This document shows positions 31,825 to 43,879 of a DNA stretch of 64,000 nt, piece after piece. A program made the translations under genes and the position numbers. The DNA lies in the NCBI RefSeq assembly GCF_009914755.1, contig NC_060926.1. One strand, given 5' to 3'. Within the stretch, counting starts at the first letter, position 1. Every line of letters begins with the position of its first letter. The notes below the pieces were generated by a model that saw only the letters and a program-made list of their open reading frames with translations, was not told the DNA's origin and did not search any database. The DNA comes from the human T2T-CHM13v2.0 reference genome, Homo sapiens.

Positions 31825-32447
31825 AATATCTTCTAAAGGCCATCACCAAACTAAACTTCACTAAATAGTGAGTATGCAACATTTTTCCTATGTTGCTTAG
31901 AGACTTAGGAACACTTCCACAGAAAAGCAAATAAAACTAGAAATATAAATGATTTATACTGTGATAAGTGGACTATCTGTATGTATAAATTAATGCAAAC
32001 CAATGAACACAATTTATAGTAACAGTACTAACGCCACCAATTTCTAAACTACATTCTATAGCTATGATTCTGTCATCAGTCTTTGTTTCCATACCACATC
32101 ATCATGGTTCCTGGCACATAGTAAGTGCTTAACAAATGTTTGGTGAATTAATAAAATCTATTAACAATCCTCACCCTGCTGGGTTTCTCTGTGACACTTC
32201 CAGCCACTCAGCACTCTACACAGTCCAAACCAGCTTGAGAGGTGAAAATTTGCACTCTAGTGGAAAGAGTTCTAAACAGGAGGCCGGGAGACAGGTTCTC
32301 AGTCTTAGATCCGTCTAGACATTTGCATTAACTTCCCTCATCTATAAAACATGTTTGCTGCACTAGATACTTCTAAGAGCTAAATTCTAATAACATTCTA
32401 CATTTTTAAGGACAAAGAAGATGTTATAGATACATTTTAAAAGCAGA

Positions 32448-32645
32448 AAAGGGTTAGAATCCTAGCTTTACCATTTACTTGTGACTTTGGGCAATTTATT
32501 TAACCTCTAAACTTTAGTTCCTTTTTCTGTTAAAAAGGAATAATAATAACACTTCATAGAACTGTTGTGAGAGTCAATTGAAATAATGCGTGTTAAGCTT
32601 CAGACACAGTGCCTGGCACTAAACACTCACAATCATTATTTGTTG
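32448..32645 (+). mobile_element. MIR
   Basis: GGGTTAGAATCCTAGCTTTACCATTTACT...TGACTTTGGGCAA...ACAGTGCCTGGCAC. Confidence 0.8.
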
Positions 32646-33237
32646 CTATTGTTCTTACTATTTTTTATTTGTTGTGTTGTTTTTATATATCTGCTCTCTT
32701 CTCTGATCCAGGAACAAGTGGAAAGTTCATCATCTAATTAAAATCTGCTGGGAAAAGGCTATCAAGGAGACTAAACTCTGCAGGACAAATCAATGTAACA
32801 ACACTATATATAAAGGGCAAATCGAGCAGTAACATCAAAGGGTTATTGAACTGTGTAGTCTTCAAACACTTTAATAAATAGAAGTTTCCTATTACAGGTA
32901 TCACCTTATTATAATAGTAGGACATGAAGGAAATTTTAAACCACTTTAGAGGAGTCTGGGAATTATCATATTTATCAAAGGAAGATGTGGGTTTTAAAGA
33001 TTAAACAGTGCTACTGGAAGAATTATTGTGAAAAATAAAAATGGATTGTCTATCACATGACAGGTACTAACCATAACAAGAATTCTCATAACCACACAAA
33101 ATCACTAAATGAAGAAAGACAGAGTTGAATATGATGCAATCCTGCACGTGTCACAGAACCAGTAAACTTTAGAGATGAAATTCACACCCTGGTTGGTAGT
33201 CCCTGGGTAGCAGCTAAGAGTCTCAGGATATCATTAC

Positions 33238-33332
33238 CCACTTCTTTGTGGTTGATACAGTTCTACTTCAAGAAACACCATTGCCAGTGAGAAAGCTACA
33301 AATATGGTGGTTATGACCAGGAACTTGAGAAT
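33238..33332 (-). other. Candidate exon encoding a hydrophobic helix (unverified)
   Basis: Acceptor tgtcttttcacttgttag|, donor TGG|gtaatg; frame ILKFLVITTIFVAFSLAMVFLEVELYQPQRS. Confidence 0.3.
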
Positions 33333-33444
33333 CTAACAAGTGAAAAGACACATAATTCATAGAAATTACTTAAATGCCTATAAGAAATAGCTTTTATGTG
33401 TCTGAATTCTATTTTAAATTAAAAAATTACAAATACAAAAATGG

Positions 33445-33600
33445 TTTATTCATTGATTCATACAACGGACATGTGTTAAGCATTCTCATGTACCAGGTAC
33501 GCTATTAGACACTCAGTTTACAGCAGTAACCAAAAGCAACCAGATTCCCTGCTCAGAGAAAGCTCAAATTCTAGGAAAAGATGAGGGGGACCTGAAAATA
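33445..33600 (-). mobile_element. L2 3' end
   Basis: TTATTCATTGATTCATACAAC...CATGTACCAGGTAC...GATTCCCTGCTCAGAGAAAGCTCA. Confidence 0.65.
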
Positions 33601-34024
33601 CAGAAACAAAAACAAACAAATATGTAAAGTAGAATTCTGAAATAATAATAACAATAATAAAACTGGGGTTTCCATTTGCTACTACTGATCTGCATGTATA
33701 TTAATTTTGTCAATAGTTGACAAAGGAAAGCAAATAGAAAAATACATTAAAAGCTAATATAAGACTATATACAAATACCAACCTGATTTCACATTTTGTA
33801 TCAATTAAAATAGCTTTATTTTTTAAAATTGACTTCATAATATATAAGCTTAATGAATTTGAAATTTCAAAGTAAAAATATACTAATAAAATAGATGTCT
33901 GGGAATTCCACTTTGGGAAATACAAGTTCCAATCAACATTTAAACAACTTTTGGGATAGTGGTTAGTATTAGTGCTTATTCTTCCTGGCTGAATTGCACA
34001 TTTTTAAGTTTGAGGAATATCTTC

Positions 34025-34436
34025 TGATATGATTTGGATTTGTGTCCCCACTGAAATCTCATGTCAAATTGTAACCCCCAATGTTGGAGGGGGAACCCTG
34101 TGGGAGGTAACTGGGTCATGGGGGTGAAGTCCTCATGCATGGTTTAGCACCATCTCTTCTTGGTACTGAATAGTGAGTGACTGCTCATGAGATCTGGTTG
34201 TTTAAAAGTATTTAGCACCTTCTGTCTCTCTCTGGAACCTGCTCCTGCCATGCAGATGTCTGTTCCCACTTTGACTTCTGCCATGAGTAAAAGCTCCCTG
34301 AGGCCTCCTCAGAAGCAGGCGCTGGTGACATGCTTCCTATACTGCCTGTGGAACCATGAGCCAATTAAGCTCTTTTCTTTGTAAATCACCCAGTCTCAGG
34401 TATTTGTTTACAGCAAAGGGAGATGGAAATAATACA
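34025..34436 (+). mobile_element. MSTA solo LTR (ERVL-MaLR)
   Basis: TGATATGATTTGGATTTGTGTCCCCA...TAATACA. TSD TCTTC/TCTTT. Confidence 0.92.
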
Positions 34437-35709
34437 TCTTTACTCTTTTTGTGAGTTTGTTTCATCCAAGTTATATAATAGGTGAATCTTATGTAGTTTG
34501 TGCCTACTGAGTATTTTAATTGTTCTGAAATCTCTTTCTTTGATAAGAACAAGTTGCTTAGAGCAAGCAGCCTAGTACAAGGTGTGCTTATAAAATGTCT
34601 ACCAGGCCTTCATTATTAAGGGTTTGCTATCTCCACAATGAAGTATGATTACTCAGCCTCTGCCTTTCCTGGTCAGATGTGTTAGTCCTATTCACAGCTG
34701 TCAGCCTATCAGAAACCTGCATGGAGATAAATGATGCCATTAGAACACATGGTCTGCTCAACAGACACTCAGTCTAGAAGCTGTGGCACTTTGATTTACT
34801 TATCTGAAAATAAACTCTACCAAATCTCCTCTAAAGATAATTCCCGTCAAGGAACTTAAACAAAATACAATGCAATTGAAAATAAATGTTAAAATTATAA
34901 GCCTATTATTTGTAATCACTGCTATTATAACAGTTATTCAATGCCCATTGTACTATATTTCTTGAAACCTCTTTAACTTGTAGGAGTTGTAATAATTCTC
35001 CCTTACACACAGGTTTGAAACTTTCATGGCTCTATTTCTCCTTAGAGGAAAAACTGTTTCAGTCTTTAATATCCTCTAAAGCTCCCTGGAGGTCTAGTGA
35101 TTGTCAGCTCAAACTGGTCTATCCTATAGAAGCATCTAGTCTTGGAACTTGGTCCCTGTGCCTTCAACTCCTGAAAACTGAGTCTCTGTCCTTGAAAGAT
35201 TATAACTGATCACTCATTTAGACATGCTTGCTCCACAATTCTCCATCCTAGATGCATATTATAATCATATTCAGAGTTTAAAAACAAAACACTGATGCAC
35301 AGGCCATACTTCCAGATTCCAATTTAATTCTTCCAAGTCTGTCCACTTCAGATGCTATTTAAAGGGCCCCATGAATGTACAATGCCTTCATCAACATGTC
35401 AGCTAACTGATGATTAAAACAAGGTTTACTATAAGGTAATACTAATTCTTGGGTTTTTGTTTCTTTCCTCTCTTCATGTCCACTATCTTTAGTGATTTGC
35501 TTCAATTGTTAAAACTGAACTAATGTGATGACATGTGCAATTCTTCTTTTTTCTAACAATCTCCACCCTTTTAAATTAATTCTTTATCTATCTTACGTTG
35601 TGTTGGTCACCTCACCCTTTTGGGGTGATTATTAATTTGACTTTAAAAACCATTACATATTCCCAGCAGGAGTTCATAACTGTTTCCCAAAACTGACAAT
35701 GACACATAC

Positions 35710-35807
35710 CTGACTTTCTGTATACAAAATGTGTAAATGTCTATACAGAAAACAGAATGTGAAAAATAATGGCATTTTCCTTGGCGTGACAGAGAGGGAA
35801 GAGGAAG
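35710..35807 (-). other. Candidate exon (unverified)
   Basis: Strong acceptor (T-run)acctgtctcctgctcttcag| and donor CAG|gtatgt. Contains an ATG at 35775 with A at -3. Confidence 0.35.
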
Positions 35808-37376
35808 CTGAAGAGCAGGAGACAGGTAAAAAAAAAAAAAGTACAGAAAGATATATTAAGGTCAATTGATGTGGCAGGGATAAATCTTTTTCCAAAATTC
35901 AAGTATAGATTTATAGCTTATTTATTGCAATAAACTTAAATTACCTTAATCTAAGCTTAAGTTCGATTTTGAGCTCTTATTCTACCAGGCAGGTAAACTA
36001 AAACATCAGGTGATTGGGATATGACTTACATCCCTACTTCACTGACTTTTCCTTAAAGATCTATCCAATTTCCATGCAACTAGAAGGAATTACCAGGAAT
36101 TGAGGTAGGGCAAATTTACTTGCAGTATTGTAACTCCCTCTTAACACTGCCAATGGTTGCTGTATCATTTTGCATGACCCCTGAAGGGTGAGATACTGTC
36201 TCAGGTTGAGAACTATTAGACTGATGGAAAGGAACAAAGGGCTTAAAGAAATATTGGACAAAAAATTGGCTAAAGTTCCCAGAGTAGGATCCAATCTATT
36301 TGTATATGTATAGTGAAACAAACATTGAAAAAAAATCATAAAATATTAACAATAGCTAGTTTTAGATTGGGAAATTATAAGTGATTTTTAAAAATTATTT
36401 TTTGTCTTTTGTTTGCCCATATTTTTGAAATAAACTTGATTTCCTTCATAATATGAAAATAATTTTAAAACATATCTTTAAAGTTTATAAGGCAAAGCAA
36501 AATTTATTACTTTTTTTTATTCAGAACTCCAGACAGTGTTCCCACTCTTTATATTAGTAAATGATCATTACGAAGCAAATACTCATCACTCTCAGTATTT
36601 TCTCTCTTCCTAATTATATGAAGATCCCACACGTGATATGTCTCCAGTTCCACTTCATTTAAGGAACCTCTGTGACCTTGGAAAAATTATTATAACTCTA
36701 GGTCACAGGTGGAGAGTTATTAGCAATGTCCTATGGGAAACAAATGTCTTTCCTAAAACTGCCTAATTATGATCATTGTGTGTACATAATTTTCATGTAT
36801 TTTGTGAAGAACATCTTAAATGGTTTAGTTTAAATGCCATTAGGGAATTATACATAGTTATTAGAATTGTAGAACAGGATAGACTATTCACATAAAATGA
36901 GTCTCATTTACACATCAGATATTACACTGACTTGTTGACTGTTGCTCTTGTTCAGTGCTCAGAAATTATTAAAGTTTGGGAACTTAAAAAAGAAACACTT
37001 TCTGCTCCTTGGAGAATGGAATTATACCAGTGTTTTTATTTTTACAGTGTTACAATCAAGTTCATATCAAGAAAACCAGATAGGACAAGGAGTTGAAAAG
37101 TTATTCCAATTTTTCTGACTTTTGTACCTCTTTATAGATCGAAGAGTGAAGACTCATGAGGCTAAGGAAAATGATATCGTTTACAGAAATAGAATTTTAA
37201 AATATACTGAATATATACAAATTTAACTAACACCAATCTGGTCTTCTTCCTACTACATTCCTGTATAGTATAATTATATTTGTTGATTAGATGGTTGAAT
37301 ACGTTGTATATGTTGAATGATGCTTTCTTAGTGGAAGTAATTTTAGGATATTGTAGTACAATAAAATTAGGCAATA

Positions 37377-37589
37377 AGTTGGAGTTGAACAATGAGAACA
37401 CATGGACACAGGGAGGGGAACATCACAACCGGGGCCTGTCAGGGGGCTAGGGGAGGGATAGCATTAGGAGAAATACCTAATGCAGATGATGAGTTGATGG
37501 GTGCAGCAAACCAACGTGGCACGTGTATACCAATGTAACAAACCTGCACATTCTGCACATGTACTCCAGAATTTAAAGTATAATAAGAA
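37377..37589 (+). mobile_element. 5'-truncated L1PA (L1PA7/8-like) 3' UTR
   Basis: GAACAATGAGAACACATGGACACAGGGAGGGG...TTAAAGTATAATAA. TSD AAAATTAGGCAATA at 37363-37376 and 37590-37603. Confidence 0.93.
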
Positions 37590-38194
37590 AAAATTAGGCA
37601 ATACAGAAACACAGGGAAATTATTGATATGAATTCTAGGATGTTACTTCACATGTCTGATCACCTCAGTTTGCTTAACTACCAAATGTGGAGCTAGATGG
37701 CCTTTTTCCTCTCTTTTACATGGAAAATGCTTCCATACTTTTTTCTATTCCAGAAAGCAGGAACTATAACTTCAGAATAGACCCTATCAGAGGATATAGG
37801 CGAGCACATCCCAATGGAAAGTATCTCCAGAGAATGATTTATGTCATAACAATTTGGATTTGCTTATCAAGTACTTAACCTTGTGCTATGTGCTTTTTAA
37901 TACATTAGGTCATTTAAACTTAATGAAAGTCCTATGAAGTGGATAATATTACTATCATTTCTACAGATTAAAAAATTAGAGAATTATTTTTCTCCATGCT
38001 TGTGAGAATAAACAACAACAACAATAACAACAAGAAACAGAACTCAGAAGATGCAAGATGAACCTCGAACCTAACTAAACTCTTGGAACCCATCTGACAT
38101 CTATAACTCAATGGTGTGAGAGAAGTACAACTAAAAAAGAATTACAATGATGAGGAGGATAACAGCAAAAAAAATTACAAATGAAAACAATGAA

Positions 38195-38405
38195 GCCAAC
38201 TGCCTGGGTTTAAATCTTGGCTCTGCCATTAATAAACTGTGAACTCTCAGCCAATTTATCCAACATTGTCGTATTTAGGGATTTTCATATTTAAAATGGG
38301 AAAATTGATAGTTCTCACCTTGTGGTGTTATAATAATCCTGAGTTAATTGTGACATACACTCAGCAGTCAGTAAACACATTATAAATATATAAAGACATG
38401 CTATT
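38195..38405 (+). mobile_element. MIR
   Basis: AGCCAACTGCCTGGGTTTAAATCTTGGCTCTGCCATT...TAAAATGGG. Confidence 0.7.
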
Positions 38406-38689
38406 ATCATGCCATTTGATTGCTTTTATATAATAAATAGCTGCCATTAAGGATGATTAGGGAAAACATAGATATTTTAATTCTCTGACACATCAGAAAA
38501 AAATAAGTATTTCCAGAGAAATAAATTATGTAAGTTATCACACTGTTACTGAATAGTAAGATAACCTTTCCTTCCAGTAAGAGACAATGAAAATAAATAA
38601 ATAAATAAAAGAAATAGAAATAAAATGAATAGTAAGATAACTTGGTTCAATTACAAATCAGCAGTTGAAAAATAAGACTCCTTAGACCA

Positions 38690-39453
38690 TAATATGGTTT
38701 GGATGTTCTATCCCCTCCAAATCTCATGTTGAAATGCAGTCCCCTATGTTGAGGTGGGGCCTGGTGGGAGGCTTTTCACTGATGGGGTGAACCTCTCATA
38801 AATGGCTTGGTGCCCGCCCTGTGGTCATGAGTTCATGTGAGATAAGGTTGTTTAAAAGAACCTGGCTTTAAAGTATAATAATAATAAAAAATAATAATAA
38901 TAAAATAAAATAAAATTAAATTACATAAACAAGGAAAAACAAAAAGAATACAAAGGTACAAAGCTCCTTTAAATATGAATAGTTTTCCAGACAAAATCTA
39001 CTTAACAAATAACAGTATGAAATTAATAGCTATGTTTTCTCAATTCATAATTACTCTATTTTTAGGTAAAGGTTGTGTCATAATAAAATACAGGAAACTT
39101 CTCAATTCAGGATTGTACAAAGTTTAGATTTCAATCAAACTTGTTCTTTAAAACTCTAAATTATTGTGGCATGGCTACAGTTAAATAAAATATGAAAATA
39201 AAAAAATATAAAAAAAAAGAACCTGGCACCTCCGCCTCCCTCTCTTGCTCCTGCTCTCACCATGTGATTCGCAGGCTCCCCGGTTACCTTCTGTCATGAT
39301 CGAAAGCTTCCTGAGGCCTCATCAGAAGCTAAGCAGGTGCTGGTGCCATGCTTCCTGTGCAGCCTGCAGAACTGTCAGCCAATTAAACTTTTTTCTTGAT
39401 AAATTATACAGTCTCAGGTATTCCTTGATAAAGACACAAAATGGACTAACATA
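38690..39453 (+). mobile_element. MSTB solo LTR split by a 348-bp insertion
   Basis: TAATATGGTTTGGATGTT...TGTTTAAAAGAACCTGGC|ACCTCC...GGACTAACATA. Outer TSD GACCA/GTCCA. Confidence 0.9.
38867..39214 (+). mobile_element. L1-mediated 3' transduction (L1 terminus + unique DNA + poly-A)
   Basis: TSD AAAAGAACCTGGC at 38854-38866 and 39215-39227. Starts TTAAAGTATAATAATAA (L1PA 3' end); AATAAA at 39184-39189; terminal A tail. Confidence 0.8.
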
Positions 39454-40283
39454 GTCCATAAATAAAATTCTCGAGGTTAGTGAAATTATAGACATATATG
39501 TCATAAAGATTATTTATTACATGTATATGTTTATGAAATAAATGTGTTATATATGGATTACTTTCATTAAAGGAAATTAGAAAATAGGGCAGAAAGTGAT
39601 ATGAAATTCCTCAGCACAATTACAAAGTTTCTGATACTGTTTTTTTTTCTTTTCTACGTAAACATCAAAAGTAACATTCTTGGGGAAGAGGAACTACCTT
39701 TGTCCTGGAGCACTCACAATGCCTTACACCTTATGTCATCTTGATTGCTAGATTGTAAGAATTAGTCTGAGAAAAAAGTCACTAGGCATTTCCTGAGTTC
39801 TAATTTGAGATATTTTTTAAGGTACTGAAAACAACTGGCATTTGGCTTTGTATTACTCAATGCACCAGAGGCATGCAGTTATCAAAACAACTTTTGTGTG
39901 TTATTCCCCCACTTATTAAATTGATTTTATTAAACTTGTTCCTGGCTGATTTGCTATATGCCAAGCTTTCTCCCGGGATCCATTTCTAAGGAATTCATAA
40001 TAGAGGTGATAACTTTTGATGGGTACATTTCAGAAAGTTCTACGATTCTAATAAAATTCCCAAAGTTTGCATAAAACCCTAGAGAAAGCATCCAAGTTGT
40101 ATAAATGTTTTGGAGTTAAGTGTGAGAGTTTAAAAAAGCAACCGAATATTAATTGTTGTGTGATACAAATCAAAGAACAGAGAAAAAGGCTTGTGACTCG
40201 ATTGCTAATGAAGTTTAATTGGAATCCATGTGAGTATCAGAATACAGAGCATTTATGACACAATTTCTTAGACAGTAAATTTT

Positions 40284-40653
<370 letters not shown>

Positions 40654-41679
40654 CTATTTTCTATATGTTCTAATATTTTGATCAAATTGATAATAAGCTA
40701 AGGGAAGGAAAAGAGAAGACTCACACTGCAAACAATGTCATAGTTTGAAAAAACTTTTAATTTATAAAAGGAAAATGAGAGTTGTGCTTCACAGAGAAAA
40801 GCTCAGGTTTGGACATGAATTGAAGAAAAAGGGTTTAAGAGGTCAGTTACAATGGTATAGAGGAGGCAAAATCTGAGAAATAGGTGTTTATTAAATCCCA
40901 GATTTTAGAACTTTAGTAGATTGATAATTTGTGCAAGTCAAATTACAAGTTAAAAGTTAATTAGAAAAAAAATAGAAAATAAAGGAGTATGCCATCGTAA
41001 CTACAGGATATCCTTAGAGAACTTGGTGAAAATGTTAAATAACATATCTCATATGTTATATATTAGGAGGCATTAAGATGAGATCAGAAGTTCTCATCTT
41101 AGTTATGAAAACAAAGCTTAAAGGACCGTTTTGTTCTTCAAAATAAAATAAAAGTGGTGGCTTACTGAGGGCTCACATTTCCTCAAGTTTATTTAGATGA
41201 GTAAGTCATTGAAACTCACATAGTATACATGTCATGCATTATCTAAAATATACTGACTTTTTCATATTAAACATTTTATTTTTGCTAGTTGCAGGTTCAT
41301 GATTTAGCATTATGCAAAATAAATATCTAGCTTAATTATCTGCTTAGACCCTGGGAAACTAGGGTAACTAATAAGCCAGAGCAGGATAAGAAAATGTGGG
41401 ATGAAGAAGCCTAGGTAAATTGGGTGCCAGACAATGGGTATTTGTAGGATTCTATTCAGCTGGAATCTTGAGTGCTCTGCTATTCAAAAGCAATGTACCC
41501 TTTTGCCTACCTCTCTCCTACATTGATCCTACTTCCATTGCTCTATTATTATTATGTGCAATATCTATTTGTTCCTCCTTCTATTAAGTTAACGGCTAAG
41601 GAAAAAACATGGAAAACAATATAGAACAACTTGTTAAAGTTGGGCAATTGCATTTCATTTGGACAAAGCTTAATGAAGT

Positions 41680-42620
41680 AATTTAACAAATGTTTATTTA
41701 GTACATACAGATAAGCTACAGTACTACGCACTGGCAATATTGAGATGAAAGATAAATGTTGTTCCCATAAGATAATCAAAGTGTAGAGACTGGGGTTTTC
41801 ATGTAGGGACAAGCAGGAGAGTCAACAGTCATAATTTCATCATTGTTGTAACAATGTACAGGATGCTGCAGAAGGGAGAGGGGAAAAGTGTACCATTACA
41901 ATTTAGGAAGGCATAGTGTACTTTTATGAGGAGGTAACATGATACTGGAAAGACTACTAAGACTAAAATGAATAAAGAAGAGGGTAACAGATGAAAACCA
42001 TTTCAGGTAAAGGATACATTGTGAGCATAGGGAACTGATTTGACTAAGGGCCTGGATCCCTAGCTAAATGGTGGCAGATAGTTTGGTGAAAGCAGGTGAC
42101 TAACCAAATCATAAAGGTTAGCTAAGGCACAGATATTCAGAAATAAATGTGGATTTAAGAGATAGATTTGGGCAGGGATGAATTATACAGAAAGGAGATG
42201 CATTGTGATAACAGAAGGCAAAGATGAAATATACCATACTATCAATATTTAAATGGTGATGCAGAGAAAGGGGTAGCCAATGAAAGATAATAAGGAAGGA
42301 TCAGGCAGATGGGACAAAACCAGGAAATAATAGTGTTAGGGAATCCAAATGATTTCAAAGAGAAGAAATGGTCAGCAACATCAAATGTTGCAAAAGATAA
42401 TGACTAGAAGATGTCCACTGGGTTTAATACAGAATATCATTAGTAACCTTGTTAAGAGCCATTTCATTGAGATTAAAGAGTAAAAACTGTAGTAGACAGG
42501 TGAGAGTTATGGAGACAAAGACAATGCATATAGACAACACTTTCTGGGGTCTTGACTTCGAACATATTAGATAGAAAGTAGCCAAAGATATATATGGGTT
42601 TGAGGGGAATTCTCTGATTT
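41680..42620 (-). mobile_element. L2 fragment
   Basis: ATTTAACAAATGTTTATTTAGTAC...TGGTCAGCAACATCAAATGTTGC...ATAGACAACACTTTC, antisense L2. Confidence 0.65.
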
Positions 42621-43623
42621 ATGTGGTAGAATTGTGAGCAGAATAAAATACTATATGGAAATAGACAATAGAGAAAGAGGGTATGGCCAAAATTTTAGAA
42701 GACTCATAGACAATAAAGAAAACAAAGTGCTGATACTGATACCATGAGGTTTTCACAGAGGCAGATTTATCTCGGAACCGATGAAGCTTAATCTTCATGG
42801 CTCCCTTCTCCAAGGGCCCCTTTCAAAACAATGTAACTAATTTACATTACATTTCTTAAAGAAGACCCCCTCCAACCCTCAAAGAAGAAATTGCAAGCTT
42901 CTATCCTTGACTTTGCATTTAAAGGGAGACTTTTCTTCCAGGCTATGAGAAGAAAGGTTTTAGACAAAGATAATCTGTTTGAGGAAAGGCAGTGAGGCCA
43001 GATTTGAGAAAAATCCTCATGGCCTCTATTTCCTTTAAGGAGACACCAATGGGAAAGCTGAATGTTTGTCTTTATCTAGGTCTTATCAATGTTCTGGAAT
43101 ACAAATATATAGAGTTTGGTCTTTGATAGAACTTTGATGAAAGGAAACCCCCACTTTGATGAGAGTGGGTTGTTTAACAGGCAATTGGAAATGGCTTGTT
43201 TGTATTAAAAGACCTGCTAGTCCCTTGGGGCATGCTTTATAAAAAGAAGTTTTTATTTTCTTTTCCAATTAGAAAATTCCCAGTTAGGGATATTATATAA
43301 TATTGTATTATATAATACCGTTTTATAATGTGATGTGCAAATGCATTTGAAAGATGTTCTAATAAAAATATGCTGAATATTAAAGTTTGTATAAGAAAAT
43401 TTAGCTTTGAATTTAAATAAGGCTTACTCTTGTAAGATTGGTATCCTATAAATAGTTCAAATGTACAATTAATGACTCCTATATTTATTCAGGAATGATG
43501 CAGAAATAACAGGAAAATTGGAGAAGAGGTGGGAAACCGCTTTCTAACACCTACTGTACTACCCATGGAATTGCCTGCACAAACTTGAAAGCACTGGGCT
43601 ATGCATATTAAAAGGCTACTGCT

Positions 43624-43769
43624 GGCTGGGCACTGTGGCTCATGCCTGTAATACCAGCAGTTTGGGAGGCTAAGGTGGGAGGATCACTTGAGCCCAGGAG
43701 TTCAAGTCCAGGATTTTGAGGCCAGGAGTTCAAGACTAGCCTGAGCAACATGGACAGAGCCCCTCTCTA

Positions 43770-43800
<31 letters not shown>

Positions 43801-43879
43801 AAATAATAAAAATAAATCATGCCACTGCACTGCAGCCTGGGTGAAAAAGCCAGACTGTGTCTCAAATAAATATACAAAT
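43624..43879 (+). mobile_element. Rearranged AluJ (internal duplication, (TAAA)n linker, most of right arm deleted)
   Basis: TSD TAAAAGGCTACTGCT at 43609-43623 and 43879-43893. Confidence 0.9.

Noticed and set aside
42755-42920. Possible hAT-Tip100-type MITE (CAGAGGCAGATTTA...GAAGCTTAATCTTCATGG)
   Set aside because: Resemblance is from memory only; I could not define both TIRs or a TSD.
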